DNA from: Bacteroidota bacterium
GTDB taxonomy: Bacteria; Bacteroidota; Bacteroidia; Bacteroidales; UBA12481
Direction: 5' to 3'
NCBI GenBank assembly: GCA_043797975.1
Contig: JAZDPC010000073.1
Span: 6,001 to 70,000, forward strand
DNA: 64,000 nucleotides
This document shows positions 21,469 to 31,951 of this stretch, one piece after another. Position 1 is the stretch's first letter, and the number at the start of each line of letters is the position of its first letter. The notes beneath the pieces are model-generated. The model did not search any database. It saw nothing but the letters and a program-made list of their open reading frames with translations, and was not told the DNA's origin. A program made the translations under genes and the position numbers.

Positions 21469-22551
21469 ATGGATTCAGCCTTTTCAAGATTAAAGATATC
21501 ACATATACTGATTTTTTGTTTGTTGTCTGCTACAGCATGCAATCAGAAGAAAGATGCTCCGGTTTCCGGGCCTCGCAGGGCAGGAGCCGTATCAGTGGAA
21601 GCCATCGTTATTAAGTCGGACAGTTTATCGAACATAATCAGCACAACCGGGACACTATTGCCGAATGAGAAAGTAGAACTCCGCAATGAGGTGACAGGAA
21701 GGGTAACCGATATTTATTTCTCGGAAGGAGCTGAAGTAAAAAAAGGAATGGTTCTGCTTAAAATAGATGATCGCGATCTCCAGGCCCAGCTGAATAAAAT
21801 CTCAGTACAGGAAAAGATGGCCCGCGACGATGAGTTTAGAAAAAACAAAATGCTGGAAATTAAAGCGATCAGCCAGGAAGAATACGACATTGCTTCGAAC
21901 CAGCTCAAGTCCGTTGAAGCAGAAAGGAAAATCCTGGAAGCTCAGATTGCCAAAACAGAGATTATTGCTCCCCTCACCGGCAAGATAGGTTTAAGGCATG
22001 TGAGCCCCGGGTCTTATATTCCTTCAAACTCACTGGTTGCTACCTTACAATCAACAGATCCCATCAAGATTGAATTCTCGGTGCCAGAAAAATACAACAC
22101 ACTCATTCATAAAGGAATGTCATTGTCCTTTTCGGTGGATTACAGTCCCTATACATTTACCGGAAGAGTATATGCATCTGAATCCGGTATTGATACAGGA
22201 ACGCGGACCATCATGGTTCGGGCAACCTGTCCTAATCCTGCAGGTGCCCTGGTACCGGGTGCATTTGCCCGCATCAACCTTGTTCTTGAAGAGATCCCGG
22301 ATGCTATTCTGGTCCCATCCGAATCTATTGTTGGCGATATCAATGGCAGCAACGTTTTCCTTATTGTTCAAGGGAAAGCGAAGTCTGTCACGATTCAGAC
22401 CGGTATCCGCACCGAAAAAGATGTTCAGATCACCAAAGGACTTCAGCCCGGCGATAGCCTGATAGTATCAGGTTTGCTTCAGATTTCCAATGGAACACCT
22501 GTGGTTGCTAAAGGTAACCAAACGGGTATGCCTCCTAAAACCAATCAATAA
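21469..22551 (+). CDS. RND efflux periplasmic adaptor (MFP) subunit
   Basis: Lipoprotein-like N-terminus, lipoyl half-motifs EVTGRV..FSEG.EVKKG and IIAPLTGKIG. Start set at ATG 21469 (ORF track gives 21415). Confidence 0.92.
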   Translation: MDSAFSRLKISHILIFCLLSATACNQKKDAPVSGPRRAGAVSVEAIVIKSDSLSNIISTTGTLLPNEKVELRNEVTGRVTDIYFSEGAEVKKGMVLLKIDDRDLQAQLNKISVQEKMARDDEFRKNKMLEIKAISQEEYDIASNQLKSVEAERKILEAQIAKTEIIAPLTGKIGLRHVSPGSYIPSNSLVATLQSTDPIKIEFSVPEKYNTLIHKGMSLSFSVDYSPYTFTGRVYASESGIDTGTRTIMVRATCPNPAGALVPGAFARINLVLEEIPDAILVPSESIVGDINGSNVFLIVQGKAKSVTIQTGIRTEKDVQITKGLQPGDSLIVSGLLQISNGTPVVAKGNQTGMPPKTNQ

Positions 22552-22563
22552 TCCCGGTTCGCT

Positions 22564-25500
22564 ATGAATTTATCCGGAACCTTTATCAAACGACCGGTAC
22601 TGGCATTGGTAGTATCCATCCTCATCGTGCTTTTTGGTGTGATAGGATTCTCCTTTCTGGGTGTGAGGGAATATCCCAACGTTGATCCTCCGACGGTAAG
22701 CGTGAGCACCTCCTATTCAGGTGCCAACGCAGAGCTCATTGAAACCCAAATAACAGAACCTCTTGAAGAGAGCATCAACGGGATTGCCGGTATCCGTACC
22801 TTGACATCCTCCTCGCGTGACGGTTCCAGTAGGATATCCGTTGAGTTTCAGATAGGAACGGACATGGAAGCTGCTGCCAACGATGTACGTGACCGGGTTT
22901 CACGGGCTATGCGTTCCCTCCCCCCTGATGTGGATCCGCCCCAGGTCGTTAAATCGGATGCCGACGCCAGTCCGATATTCAGCATTACTCTTCAAAGTGA
23001 TAAACGGAACCTGCTTGAATTATCCGAAATCGCCAACAATCTTTTCAAGGAAAGGCTTCAGACAACCCCCGGTGTTAGTGAAATAGGTATCTGGGGAGAA
23101 AAAAGGTATTCAATCAAGCTCTATATCGATCCTTTAAAACTGGCAGGGTATGGCCTGACGCCATCGGATATCCGGTCTGCAGTCACCGGTGAAAATATTG
23201 AGCTTCCATCGGGGCGTGTCGAAGGATACGGCAGCGAGTTATCGGTAAGGACCATGGGCAGAATGACTACCGAAGAGCAGTTCAATGAGCTGATCATCCG
23301 GGAGTCCAATGGCGTTCTGATCAAGCTCAAGGATGTCGGCAGGGCGATGCTTCTTCCATCGAACGAAAAGACCATCATGAGAGGAAACGGTAAGGTTCCG
23401 ATGGTTGGTTTGGCCGTTACACCGCAGCCTGGTTCAAATCACATTGCCATTGTGGATGAAATCAAAGTCAGGCTGGAGCAGATCAAAAAAGAAATGCCTG
23501 AGGATTTAACGGTCGGCGTTTCAATGGATACGACCCTGTCGATCCGGAAAGCAATAAAAGAAGTTGAGGAGACCATTATGATCTCATTTTCCCTTGTTGT
23601 GCTCATTATCTTCTTGTTTCTCAGGCAGTGGAGAACAACCATCATCCCGGTGGTTGCCATTCCGATCTCACTCATCGGATCATTCTTCATCATGTACCTG
23701 GCTGGTTTTACCATCAACATCCTTACGCTTTTAAGCATTGTCCTGGCAACAGGCCTGGTTGTGGACGATGCCATTGTCGTTCTTGAGAATATCTATACCA
23801 AGATCGAAAAGGGCATGTCACCCATGGAGGCCGGATTCAAAGGTTCAAAAGAGATCTTTTTTGCCATCGTTTCAACAACAATCACGCTGGCTGCTGTTTT
23901 CCTTCCGATTATTTTCCTGCAGGGACTTACCGGCAAGCTATTCCGTGAATTTGGCGTAGTCATGGCAGGAGCCGTCCTGATATCGGCCTTTGTCTCTCTG
24001 ACCCTGACTCCGATGTTAGCTTCCAACTGGCTGAAAAAGACCGGGCACCACAACCGGTTTTATTCCGCAACCGAACCGTTTTTCATTGCGCTCAATGCTA
24101 TCTACAGCAAGTCATTGAAAGGATTTCTTAAAAGGCGCTGGCTGGCGTTTGTGATCATGGCCGCATGCACGACAATTGCTGTAGTCCTATTGCCGCGGAT
24201 ACCCGGAGAACTGGCCCCGTTGGAAGACAAGAGCCGGCTATCGATCCAGGCAACGGCACCGGAAGGTGTCTCATTTGAAAAAATGGACCAGTATCTGCAG
24301 CAACTGGTTAATATCGTTGACACGTTGCCCGAGAATTCATCCTACATGGGGCTGACGTCCCCCGGATTCGGATCATCCAGTTCCAATTCCGGTTTCGTCA
24401 GGATCACTCTGGTTCCCCCTGAAGAGAGAGAACGGTCTCAGCAGGAGATCGCTGATTACCTGACCCGTATTATCAGACCGATGACGTTTGCCCGGACCTT
24501 CGTAACCCAGGAGCAGACCATCGGGGGAGCCCGGAATACTGGTTTGCCCGTTCAATTTGTTATTCAGGCCCCTACCCTCGACAAGCTCAGGGAGGCTATC
24601 CCCGGTTTCATGGAAAGGGCACAGGCGGATCCGACGTTCCAGGTTGTTGATCTGAACCTGAAATTCAACAAACCCGAGATGACTCTGACCATCGATCGCG
24701 ACAGGGCCAGAACCCTCGGGGTGACTTTACGGGACGTTGCAGAAACCCTGCAATTGTTCTTCAGCGGTCAACGCATGGGTTACTTCATCATGGGCGGAAA
24801 ACAATATGAGATTATCTGCCAGGCTGAACGTCAATACCGTGATCAGCCCATCGATCTGAGCACGGTGTATATCAGGAGTCGCTCAGGCGAAATGATTCAG
24901 CTGGACAATATCGTCAAGATCGATTACCGTGTAAACCTGCCTCAATTGTTTCGTTACAACCGCTATATCTCGGCAACCGTATCGGCCAGTCCGGCCCAGG
25001 GTTACACTCTGGGGCAGGGTATAACGGCGATGCAGAAGATCGCTGATGAAACTCTTGATGAATCCTTTACCACCACCCTGTCCGGAGTTTCAAGAGATTA
25101 CAGCGAAAGCTCCAACACCCTGATGTTTGCCTTCATGCTTGCCCTGGTACTGATCTATCTGATCCTGGCTGCTCAGTTTGAAAGTTTCAGGGACCCGCTG
25201 GTCATCATGTTTACAGTTCCTCTGGCCATTGCCGGCGCTTTGCTGTCCCTGGTTATATTCTCCCAAACCATGAATATCTTCAGTGAGATCGGTATGATCA
25301 TGCTGATCGGGATAGTCACCAAGAACGGAATTCTGATTGTCGAATTTGCCAATCAGAAAAAATATGCCGGGATGGACAAGAAAGCTGCCGCCCTGGAAGC
25401 GGCGGCCCAGCGATTCCGGCCGATCCTGATGACCAGCCTGGCCACCGTCCTGGGAGCCTTACCGATCGCCCTTGCTTTAGGCGCCGGTGCAAAAAGCCGG

Positions 25501-25626
25501 GTATCCATGGGGATAGTCATTATCTGCGGCCTGTTGTTTGCACTGATATTGACCTTGTTTGTTATCCCTGCATTGTACACCTATATTTCGGGATCAAAGA
25601 AGAAATTTGAAAATCAGGAACAATGA
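22564..25626 (+). CDS. RND efflux permease (AcrB/AcrD/AcrF family)
   Basis: FIKRPVLA, GLVVDDAIVVLENI, GIVTKNGILIVEFA, RFRPILMT; 1020 aa. Confidence 0.96.
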   Translation: MNLSGTFIKRPVLALVVSILIVLFGVIGFSFLGVREYPNVDPPTVSVSTSYSGANAELIETQITEPLEESINGIAGIRTLTSSSRDGSSRISVEFQIGTDMEAAANDVRDRVSRAMRSLPPDVDPPQVVKSDADASPIFSITLQSDKRNLLELSEIANNLFKERLQTTPGVSEIGIWGEKRYSIKLYIDPLKLAGYGLTPSDIRSAVTGENIELPSGRVEGYGSELSVRTMGRMTTEEQFNELIIRESNGVLIKLKDVGRAMLLPSNEKTIMRGNGKVPMVGLAVTPQPGSNHIAIVDEIKVRLEQIKKEMPEDLTVGVSMDTTLSIRKAIKEVEETIMISFSLVVLIIFLFLRQWRTTIIPVVAIPISLIGSFFIMYLAGFTINILTLLSIVLATGLVVDDAIVVLENIYTKIEKGMSPMEAGFKGSKEIFFAIVSTTITLAAVFLPIIFLQGLTGKLFREFGVVMAGAVLISAFVSLTLTPMLASNWLKKTGHHNRFYSATEPFFIALNAIYSKSLKGFLKRRWLAFVIMAACTTIAVVLLPRIPGELAPLEDKSRLSIQATAPEGVSFEKMDQYLQQLVNIVDTLPENSSYMGLTSPGFGSSSSNSGFVRITLVPPEERERSQQEIADYLTRIIRPMTFARTFVTQEQTIGGARNTGLPVQFVIQAPTLDKLREAIPGFMERAQADPTFQVVDLNLKFNKPEMTLTIDRDRARTLGVTLRDVAETLQLFFSGQRMGYFIMGGKQYEIICQAERQYRDQPIDLSTVYIRSRSGEMIQLDNIVKIDYRVNLPQLFRYNRYISATVSASPAQGYTLGQGITAMQKIADETLDESFTTTLSGVSRDYSESSNTLMFAFMLALVLIYLILAAQFESFRDPLVIMFTVPLAIAGALLSLVIFSQTMNIFSEIGMIMLIGIVTKNGILIVEFANQKKYAGMDKKAAALEAAAQRFRPILMTSLATVLGALPIALALGAGAKSRVSMGIVIICGLLFALILTLFVIPALYTYISGSKKKFENQEQ

Positions 25627-26930
25627 AAAGATATTTTTTGTCTTGCTTGCTTACGACCCTGATGTTCAGCCCGGCCATTCAGGCACAGGATACACTCAGC
25701 CTGTCGCAGGCACTGATGGTGGCTATGGAAAACAATTTCAATATTTCTCTGGCCTCCAACGATACCAGAATCGCCCGATTGAACAATACAGCCGGAAATG
25801 CAGGCCTTTTACCCCAATTGGGTGTTACAGGTGCCCGCAGCATGTCGGTAAACAATACCTATCAGCAGTATTATGATGGCCGTGAGAGGTCAAGTGACGC
25901 GGCAAGGAATGACAATATCAGCGCAGGCGTGGCTCTCACCTGGACCCTGTTCGACGGATTTGACATGTTCATTCAGAAAAAGAAACTGTCAGAACTTGAG
26001 GGGCTCACTGAGATCCAGTTACATGCTACTGTTGAAAACACCGCTTCAGAGGTGATTTCAGCCTATTACACTGTCATCACACAGCAAAAGATGGTGGATG
26101 TATACCGCGAAGCCATGGCCATTACATCTGAGAGAAAGCGTATTGCCAAAGCGGGTGTCGGATTCGGAACCAGTTCGGAACTTTCTCTGCTTCAGGCAAG
26201 CGTGGATTACAATGCCGACAGTTCAGCCTATATTCAGCAGGTAAAGTTGCTACAGAATGCAAAAGTTGAATTGAACCGGATATTATGCTGCGATTTGTAT
26301 ACCCGGTTTGAAGTTCATCCTGAAATCCCAATCCGTGCCGACCTGAACTTTGACCAGCTGTGGGAACTGGTATCCGTTCAGAATCCGGAGATCCAGATCA
26401 GCCGGACCAATCTGAGCATAGCTCTTCTCGAAAAGAAGAGTACCAATTCCAGCCTCTATCCTCAATTGAATTTTACATCGGGTTATAATTACAGCAAATC
26501 ACAATCCGAGGTTGGAATCATGCAGCAGAACCAGAACCGCGGTTACAATATGGGAATTAATGCCTCCTATACTATTTTTGATGGATTCATACAAAGACAT
26601 AACCGGAGCAAGGCCCAGATCAATCTCGAGTCGGCAAAAATTGCGGCAGAGCAAACCGAGCTTGATATTAAGGCCTATTTACAACGTCTTTTTAACGACT
26701 ATCAGACCAATCTTCAACTTTCCGCTTTTGAAAAGGAGAATGTTGCACTGGCACAGCGAAACCTCGCCATTGCCACCGAGAAATACCGCATCGGAAGCGC
26801 AAACGACATTGAACTGAGGGAAACGCAAAAGAAGCTGATGGATGCAGAGAACCGGTACCTCACTGCCCTTTTCCGGTGCAAGGCCAGTGAAACGGAATTG
26901 TTGAGGATGTGCGGGGGCTTAACTCAATAA
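25623..26930 (+). CDS. TolC family outer membrane efflux protein
   Basis: Signal peptide, LSLSQAL..AMENN, WTLFDG and YTIFDG repeats. Overlaps the RND permease stop by 4 nt. Confidence 0.9.
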   Translation: MKRYFLSCLLTTLMFSPAIQAQDTLSLSQALMVAMENNFNISLASNDTRIARLNNTAGNAGLLPQLGVTGARSMSVNNTYQQYYDGRERSSDAARNDNISAGVALTWTLFDGFDMFIQKKKLSELEGLTEIQLHATVENTASEVISAYYTVITQQKMVDVYREAMAITSERKRIAKAGVGFGTSSELSLLQASVDYNADSSAYIQQVKLLQNAKVELNRILCCDLYTRFEVHPEIPIRADLNFDQLWELVSVQNPEIQISRTNLSIALLEKKSTNSSLYPQLNFTSGYNYSKSQSEVGIMQQNQNRGYNMGINASYTIFDGFIQRHNRSKAQINLESAKIAAEQTELDIKAYLQRLFNDYQTNLQLSAFEKENVALAQRNLAIATEKYRIGSANDIELRETQKKLMDAENRYLTALFRCKASETELLRMCGGLTQ

Positions 26931-26937
26931 AATGGAT

Positions 26938-26975
26938 AAAAAAAGAGTTGTCAACTTTACAATAGTTGACAACTC
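26938..26975 (-). terminator. Terminator hairpin downstream of tRNA-Asp (between the convergent TolC gene and tRNA)
   Basis: GAGTTGTCAACT-7 nt-AGTTGACAACTC perfect 12-bp stem, with A7 on the + strand (U run on the - strand). Confidence 0.8.
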
Positions 26976-26985
26976 CAAGGCGCTG

Positions 26986-27060
26986 CGGTCGCGACGGGGC
27001 TCGAACCCGCGACCTCCGGCGTGACAGGCCGGCATTCTAACCAAACTGAACTACACGACC
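26986..27060 (-). tRNA. tRNA-Asp(GTC), CCA not encoded
   Basis: Minus strand reads GGTCGTGTAGTTCAGTTTGGTTAGAATGCCGGCCTGTCACGCCGGAGGTCGCGGGTTCGAGCCCCGTCGCGACCG, a cloverleaf with GTC anticodon and a GTTCGAG T-loop. Confidence 0.97.
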
Positions 27061-27077
27061 AACGCAAATTGTGGGCA

Positions 27078-27108
27078 CAAATTTAGCCGATTTTCCGGTA
27101 TTTCCAAA
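27078..27108 (-). promoter_or_regulatory. Bacteroidota housekeeping promoter for tRNA-Asp
   Basis: TTTG-19 nt-TAAATTTG on the minus strand matches the -33/-7 consensus. Confidence 0.8.
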
Positions 27109-27130
27109 AAAACCTCCTCCTTTCTCCTTC

Positions 27131-29914
27131 CTACTTCCTACTTTCCTTCCTCCATGCCTCTACTTCTTTACTCTCCCTTAGCATATCCCTGACATTATCA
27201 ATATCCGGTGACTCCCTGACGGCTTTCCAGTCGAATCTCTCGTCATAGGGATCCATTGCTTTTTGAGGATCAAAGACTCTCGGATCCACCGCGATAGCTT
27301 CATACGGGGTAAAATCGGGCTGATCCGTGAACAGATCACTGAGATCAGTAGCTCCGGCATCGTATTGGTTCAGGTAGGGAATCCCCAGAATATTCCAGTA
27401 GGTTTTAAAAAGGCTCCCAAAACTGGAATGAGCATGTGACACATAGTTCTTTTTAGCGTACGGTGAGATCACCATCAGAACGCTTCTGTGGGCATCCACG
27501 TGGTCAACTCCGCCCTGTGCATCATCTTCGGTAATGATGATGGCCATGTTCTTCCATTGTGGTGTATGGCTCAGAAACTCTACCAAACGCCCGACTGCCA
27601 GGTCATTGTCGCACATATAACTTTCCCTGAACGGGTAACCGGCTTCCGGCCTTTCCCCTGCCCCATGATCCTGCGGAAGAATGACAGTCACCACAGATGG
27701 AAACTCATTCTCTTTCCCGGCCCATTTCCGGTTATATTCCTCAATGAACATATCGATCCGGAATTGATCGGGGATTGCCGTATTATAGGTCGGGTATTTC
27801 CTGGAGGAATTGGCAAACAAAGGAGCCGGCAACGGAAAATTAGCCAGGTGCCTGATCCCGGTATATTTGTATTCGGGCTGATAGGCCCCGGGCTCAAACA
27901 TCAGGCTGAATCCGAAATTGAAAAAAGAAATTTTATTGCGCTCGAGGTGTTCCCACATCGAGCCACCCTCATTATAGTCCTCCGGATAGATTGCTCCTGC
28001 CGAGCTGTTAAAACCCAGTATACCGGGAGCTTTTGATTTGGCGACGTAGTTTCGGTTGCCTCCGTAACTGGCCGGTACCGAGGATTCGACCCATTCATTG
28101 GGATACGTATTCACCAGCCAACGATGACCATCAGCCGATACATCCGAATCGACATAAAAATTGTCCGACATGGCAAAACGGTTCACCAGTGCCAGGTGGT
28201 TGATCATGATATCGGCATTTTCCACTTTCTGATCCTTAGCCCGGTTGGTAAATGATCTCCCTGCGCCATAACGCGCCAGGGAAGGTTCTCCCCTGCCGGC
28301 TTTTACCTGGCCAAAAACCTCGTCATACGTACGATTCTCCTTGGAAATGAAAACAATATGCCTGATTGGAGAATTTGAATATCCCGGATAGAGCGGGACC
28401 GGATTGTTTTTCCGTGATTGGAACACCTGATCATCTGATCTTTTCAGGTCAAAGTTCATTCCAATCACTTCGCGTGTCAATTTCCGTAATTCTCTTCCGG
28501 AGGGGATATCGAGCACCGACACTGATCCCTTCATCAGGTTTCCTATATAGGTTCCCTCCGGACCCTCGACAAAATCAGGGCCACCGTTCGGACCGCTCCC
28601 GAAACCCTTTGCATTCGTGACGATCAGCTTTTTACCATCCGGAGTAACTTTTAGCTTGGCCGGAAACCATCCGACCGGAATATGTCCCATTACCTTCTTT
28701 GAAGCAACATCAATCACAGCAACCGCATTGATCCCTGACTCAGCCACGAACAACTTCTTATAGTCCGGCGAAACGGCAACTCCAAAGGGAATGATCCCCC
28801 TGAAGTGTCTCATTCTCTCATCAGGTATCAGTGAAATGGTGCCAACGACGGTATCGCTGACAATGTCGATGACCGAAATGTTGTCGTTGTTTCCATTGCT
28901 GACAAAAACATAATCCGGAGTAGCCACCACGGAATTAGGGCTGGAGCCGCCGACTGCCGGAAAATCCTCCAGCATTTCACCGACCAGGGTACCGGTCTTG
29001 ATTTTTGCTGTTACGCAGGGATCATCGGGATCAGAGACATCTATGGTCCAAACCGAAAAGGATTCCGGCACATTGGGTTCTCCGAGGCCCGGTATATCAA
29101 GGGTATCGGTATCGATCCCTTCTTCGGCTTCCCGGGATCCGTAAGCGAAAGCGGGAAAAGCCAGGGATGTCCGCTCCAGGCTGTCGGGATCAAGACTTGC
29201 AAATCGCGTATATTCAAACATACCAACATTGGCGACGTAAACCTTTTTTTCATCGGGAGAGAGGCATATTCCGAAAGGGTATCTTCCTGTATTAATCCTG
29301 TACAGGACATTTCCTGAAACAGGGTCAATGATCAGCATGATAAAATTGATCTGATCAACGGCATACAACCTTGTACCGGCCTTGTTCAGGACCATATCAC
29401 CTATGTAACCCAGTGTAAAATCCCGATTCCCGACAACGGCGCCACAGGGTATATGTCCTTTGTCGGAACCTGTGTTCAGGTCGAATTTGTATATTATATT
29501 CTCCTGACCTCCTGAAACATACACGATTGAATTTTCCGGAGATATGGCCAAACCCATAAAAACGCTGGCCAGTATTCCCTTATTCGTTGCAGCACCCGGC
29601 GGAACTTGTAAAATTTCAGGTTTCTGTGATTGAATATTTTTAAGAATAGTGATCGACAGCGGGCTGGTTCCGGAGTTTGCAGTAACGGCAATCTGGCCGT
29701 TCGGACTCATGCACAAGCCATAGGGATGGGGAGCCGTAACAAAGGTATTTCCAACCGGCTGGATCAGTCTTCCGTTTGGAATCACCGTGATACCGGCAGA
29801 ATCGATCTCAGTATAACGGTCACCTGCAGGAGCCTGAGAAATCCAGACCGGGCTTTTATTGTTGCATGACACCAATGCCGTGGACAACAGACAAATCAAT
29901 ACAGTTCTTTTCAT
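27131..29914 (-). CDS. Bifunctional YncE-type beta-propeller / phosphoesterase (alkaline phosphatase superfamily) lipoprotein
   Basis: Lipobox LVSC; YVTN-like repeats (GRYPFGICLSPD, IPVGWFP); phosphoesterase motifs KENRTYD, SADGH, EDDAQGGVDHVDAHRS. Confidence 0.88.
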   Translation of the reverse strand: MKRTVLICLLSTALVSCNNKSPVWISQAPAGDRYTEIDSAGITVIPNGRLIQPVGNTFVTAPHPYGLCMSPNGQIAVTANSGTSPLSITILKNIQSQKPEILQVPPGAATNKGILASVFMGLAISPENSIVYVSGGQENIIYKFDLNTGSDKGHIPCGAVVGNRDFTLGYIGDMVLNKAGTRLYAVDQINFIMLIIDPVSGNVLYRINTGRYPFGICLSPDEKKVYVANVGMFEYTRFASLDPDSLERTSLAFPAFAYGSREAEEGIDTDTLDIPGLGEPNVPESFSVWTIDVSDPDDPCVTAKIKTGTLVGEMLEDFPAVGGSSPNSVVATPDYVFVSNGNNDNISVIDIVSDTVVGTISLIPDERMRHFRGIIPFGVAVSPDYKKLFVAESGINAVAVIDVASKKVMGHIPVGWFPAKLKVTPDGKKLIVTNAKGFGSGPNGGPDFVEGPEGTYIGNLMKGSVSVLDIPSGRELRKLTREVIGMNFDLKRSDDQVFQSRKNNPVPLYPGYSNSPIRHIVFISKENRTYDEVFGQVKAGRGEPSLARYGAGRSFTNRAKDQKVENADIMINHLALVNRFAMSDNFYVDSDVSADGHRWLVNTYPNEWVESSVPASYGGNRNYVAKSKAPGILGFNSSAGAIYPEDYNEGGSMWEHLERNKISFFNFGFSLMFEPGAYQPEYKYTGIRHLANFPLPAPLFANSSRKYPTYNTAIPDQFRIDMFIEEYNRKWAGKENEFPSVVTVILPQDHGAGERPEAGYPFRESYMCDNDLAVGRLVEFLSHTPQWKNMAIIITEDDAQGGVDHVDAHRSVLMVISPYAKKNYVSHAHSSFGSLFKTYWNILGIPYLNQYDAGATDLSDLFTDQPDFTPYEAIAVDPRVFDPQKAMDPYDERFDWKAVRESPDIDNVRDMLRESKEVEAWRKESRK

Positions 29915-30003
29915 TATTCCCGATTAGTCAAATGGTTTTATCAGCCTGACCCTAAGTTAATATTCTATCTTTGTATAACTAAAACCAAGTAGAACGAAAA
30001 TTT

Positions 30004-30525
30004 ATGTCACAGTCATTTTTTCAGGAAAAACAAGCTATTCCTTCGGTTTGGCGGGTCGTGCTCTTTGGGGGGGTGACCTTGATGATGGGCTTCATTTTCT
30101 TAATGACCTACCTCACGGAATGGGAAACCATGCCCCAGCAGGAGAGATGGTCAATGTTTACCCTACTGATCGCTCCTCTGGCTGTTTCATTTATTTTCTT
30201 TATCCGGATTGATCTTCGGATAACCGAAACTTTCCTCGAATACAAGGTGGCCCCGTTCGGCAGAAAATACCGAAAGATACTTTTCTCTGATATAGCTGAG
30301 ATCAAAATCGAAAAAGCTAAAACGATCCGCTCATTTAGAGGAGTTGGTATCAACCACAATATCAACAGGATTGAATACAACTTTGGCAGCAAGCATATTC
30401 TCGAGGTTAAGCTCAAGAAAGGCAAGTACATTGTATTCAGCACCTTTAAGCCTAAAGAACTTGAGTACTTCCTCCGAAATCTTCCGGAGGAAGCACCAGT
30501 TGTCCGCGAAAACACGGACTATTAG
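30004..30525 (+). CDS. Hypothetical membrane protein (2 TM plus a soluble domain)
   Basis: 173-aa ORF with two hydrophobic segments followed by a basic beta-rich domain. Confidence 0.65.
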   Translation: MSQSFFQEKQAIPSVWRVVLFGGVTLMMGFIFLMTYLTEWETMPQQERWSMFTLLIAPLAVSFIFFIRIDLRITETFLEYKVAPFGRKYRKILFSDIAEIKIEKAKTIRSFRGVGINHNINRIEYNFGSKHILEVKLKKGKYIVFSTFKPKELEYFLRNLPEEAPVVRENTDY

Positions 30526-30532
30526 TTCTCTT

Positions 30533-31882
30533 CTATAAAGTCCAGCCCTGCCTGTATTCCCTGCTGATAAACAGATTAGCTGTGTCGTCATTGGTAACAC
30601 GCATGTTGTCACCATCCCACAACAGCCTTTTATTTGGAACCCGGATAGCCAGGTTACCCATCAGTACCATTTCAGTAAGGGGACCTGAATAATCGAAGTT
30701 CGAACAGGGAAGGATATTGTTTTTAATTCCTTGTATCCAGTTGTCTTCATGAGTGCCGGTTATTCTTGGCAATGTTTGTGGCAGATCTTTATACTCAAGG
30801 AATCTTTCTTCTGGAAACATCTGAACATCACCACCGTATGTCGAACAAACGATTATACCCTTATCGCCGATGAACATAGAACCTCCCCCATCGTCAACTT
30901 TAGCCGGATCAACTTCGGCAGGCCAGACAGGCATCAGGCCCCCATCGTACCAGGTCAATCTAACCGGAGGCATGTTTTCCCGCGCAGGAAATTGATAGGT
31001 GATGAATGATGCATTCGGGTAGGTTTCCTTGTTATCGACACGTTTCCACATTTCAGTGATCTCGTAAGAATGTGTACCCTGAACCCAGATCGGGTATTTC
31101 AGTTTCAAAGCATGAAATACCGGATCCAGTACATGGCAGCCCATATCGCCCAGCGCACCACAACCGAAATCGAACCAGGCCCTCCAGTTGAATGGTAAAT
31201 AAATCGGATTATAGGGACGTTCCGGAGCGGGCCCAAGCCACAGGTTCCAATCTAAAGTATCCGGCACCGGAGGAGTTCCGGCCGGTCTGCCGATACCCTG
31301 CGGCCAGACAGGACGGTTGGTCCAGCAATGTACTTCACGGATTTCTCCGATAGCGCCTGCCCAAATCCATTCAGCCAGTCTGCGTGTACCTTCTCCCGAC
31401 CGGCCCTGGTTACCCATCTGGCTCATCACTTTATATTCACGGGCGGCTTCAGTCAGTTTTCGGGCTTCAAAAACAGAATGTGTCAGGGGTTTTTGCACAT
31501 AAACGTGTTTCCCTAGCTTGATGGCAGCCATTGCGGCTACTGCATGAGTATGGTCCGGTGTTGCAACAATAACCGCGTCAATGCTTTTTTCTTTTTCAAG
31601 CATCACACGAAAGTCCTTATACTGAGGAGCTTTTGGGTACTTTTTAAAAGTTTCAGCAGCCTGGTTAAAATCAACATCACAGAGAGCTACGATATTCTCT
31701 GCAGCACAACGGCTGATATTTCCGGCTCCCATTCCTCCTGAACCTATGGCGGCAATGTTCAGTTTATCACTGGGTGCAGTATATCCCTTGCCTCCTAAAA
31801 CCTGGCGCGGGATGACTACCATACCGGCACCGGCAATGGCACTGTTGGTCAGAAAAGAACGGCGGTCGATTGATTTTTTCAT
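30533..31882 (-). CDS. Gfo/Idh/MocA family oxidoreductase with Tat signal
   Basis: MKKSIDRRSFL twin-arginine signal (start 31882), IGSGGMG, VATPDHTH, VYVQKPL, GALGDMGCH. Confidence 0.92.
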   Translation of the reverse strand: MKKSIDRRSFLTNSAIAGAGMVVIPRQVLGGKGYTAPSDKLNIAAIGSGGMGAGNISRCAAENIVALCDVDFNQAAETFKKYPKAPQYKDFRVMLEKEKSIDAVIVATPDHTHAVAAMAAIKLGKHVYVQKPLTHSVFEARKLTEAAREYKVMSQMGNQGRSGEGTRRLAEWIWAGAIGEIREVHCWTNRPVWPQGIGRPAGTPPVPDTLDWNLWLGPAPERPYNPIYLPFNWRAWFDFGCGALGDMGCHVLDPVFHALKLKYPIWVQGTHSYEITEMWKRVDNKETYPNASFITYQFPARENMPPVRLTWYDGGLMPVWPAEVDPAKVDDGGGSMFIGDKGIIVCSTYGGDVQMFPEERFLEYKDLPQTLPRITGTHEDNWIQGIKNNILPCSNFDYSGPLTEMVLMGNLAIRVPNKRLLWDGDNMRVTNDDTANLFISREYRQGWTL

Positions 31883-31951
31883 GGCAGGTGTGTTTAGTTT
31901 ACGTTTATTACCTATGGTAAATTTACTCATCTTTGCATAAAACCGGAATCA

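Noticed and set aside
21469-26930. RND efflux operon as a resistance island
   Set aside because: Ordinary chromosomal MFP-RND-TolC operon with no mobility signs; the substrate cannot be inferred from sequence.
26986-27060. tRNA-Asp as an integration site for an island
   Set aside because: No integrase is present and I saw no duplicated tRNA 3' end in the window. The flanks are a promoter, a terminator and ordinary genes.
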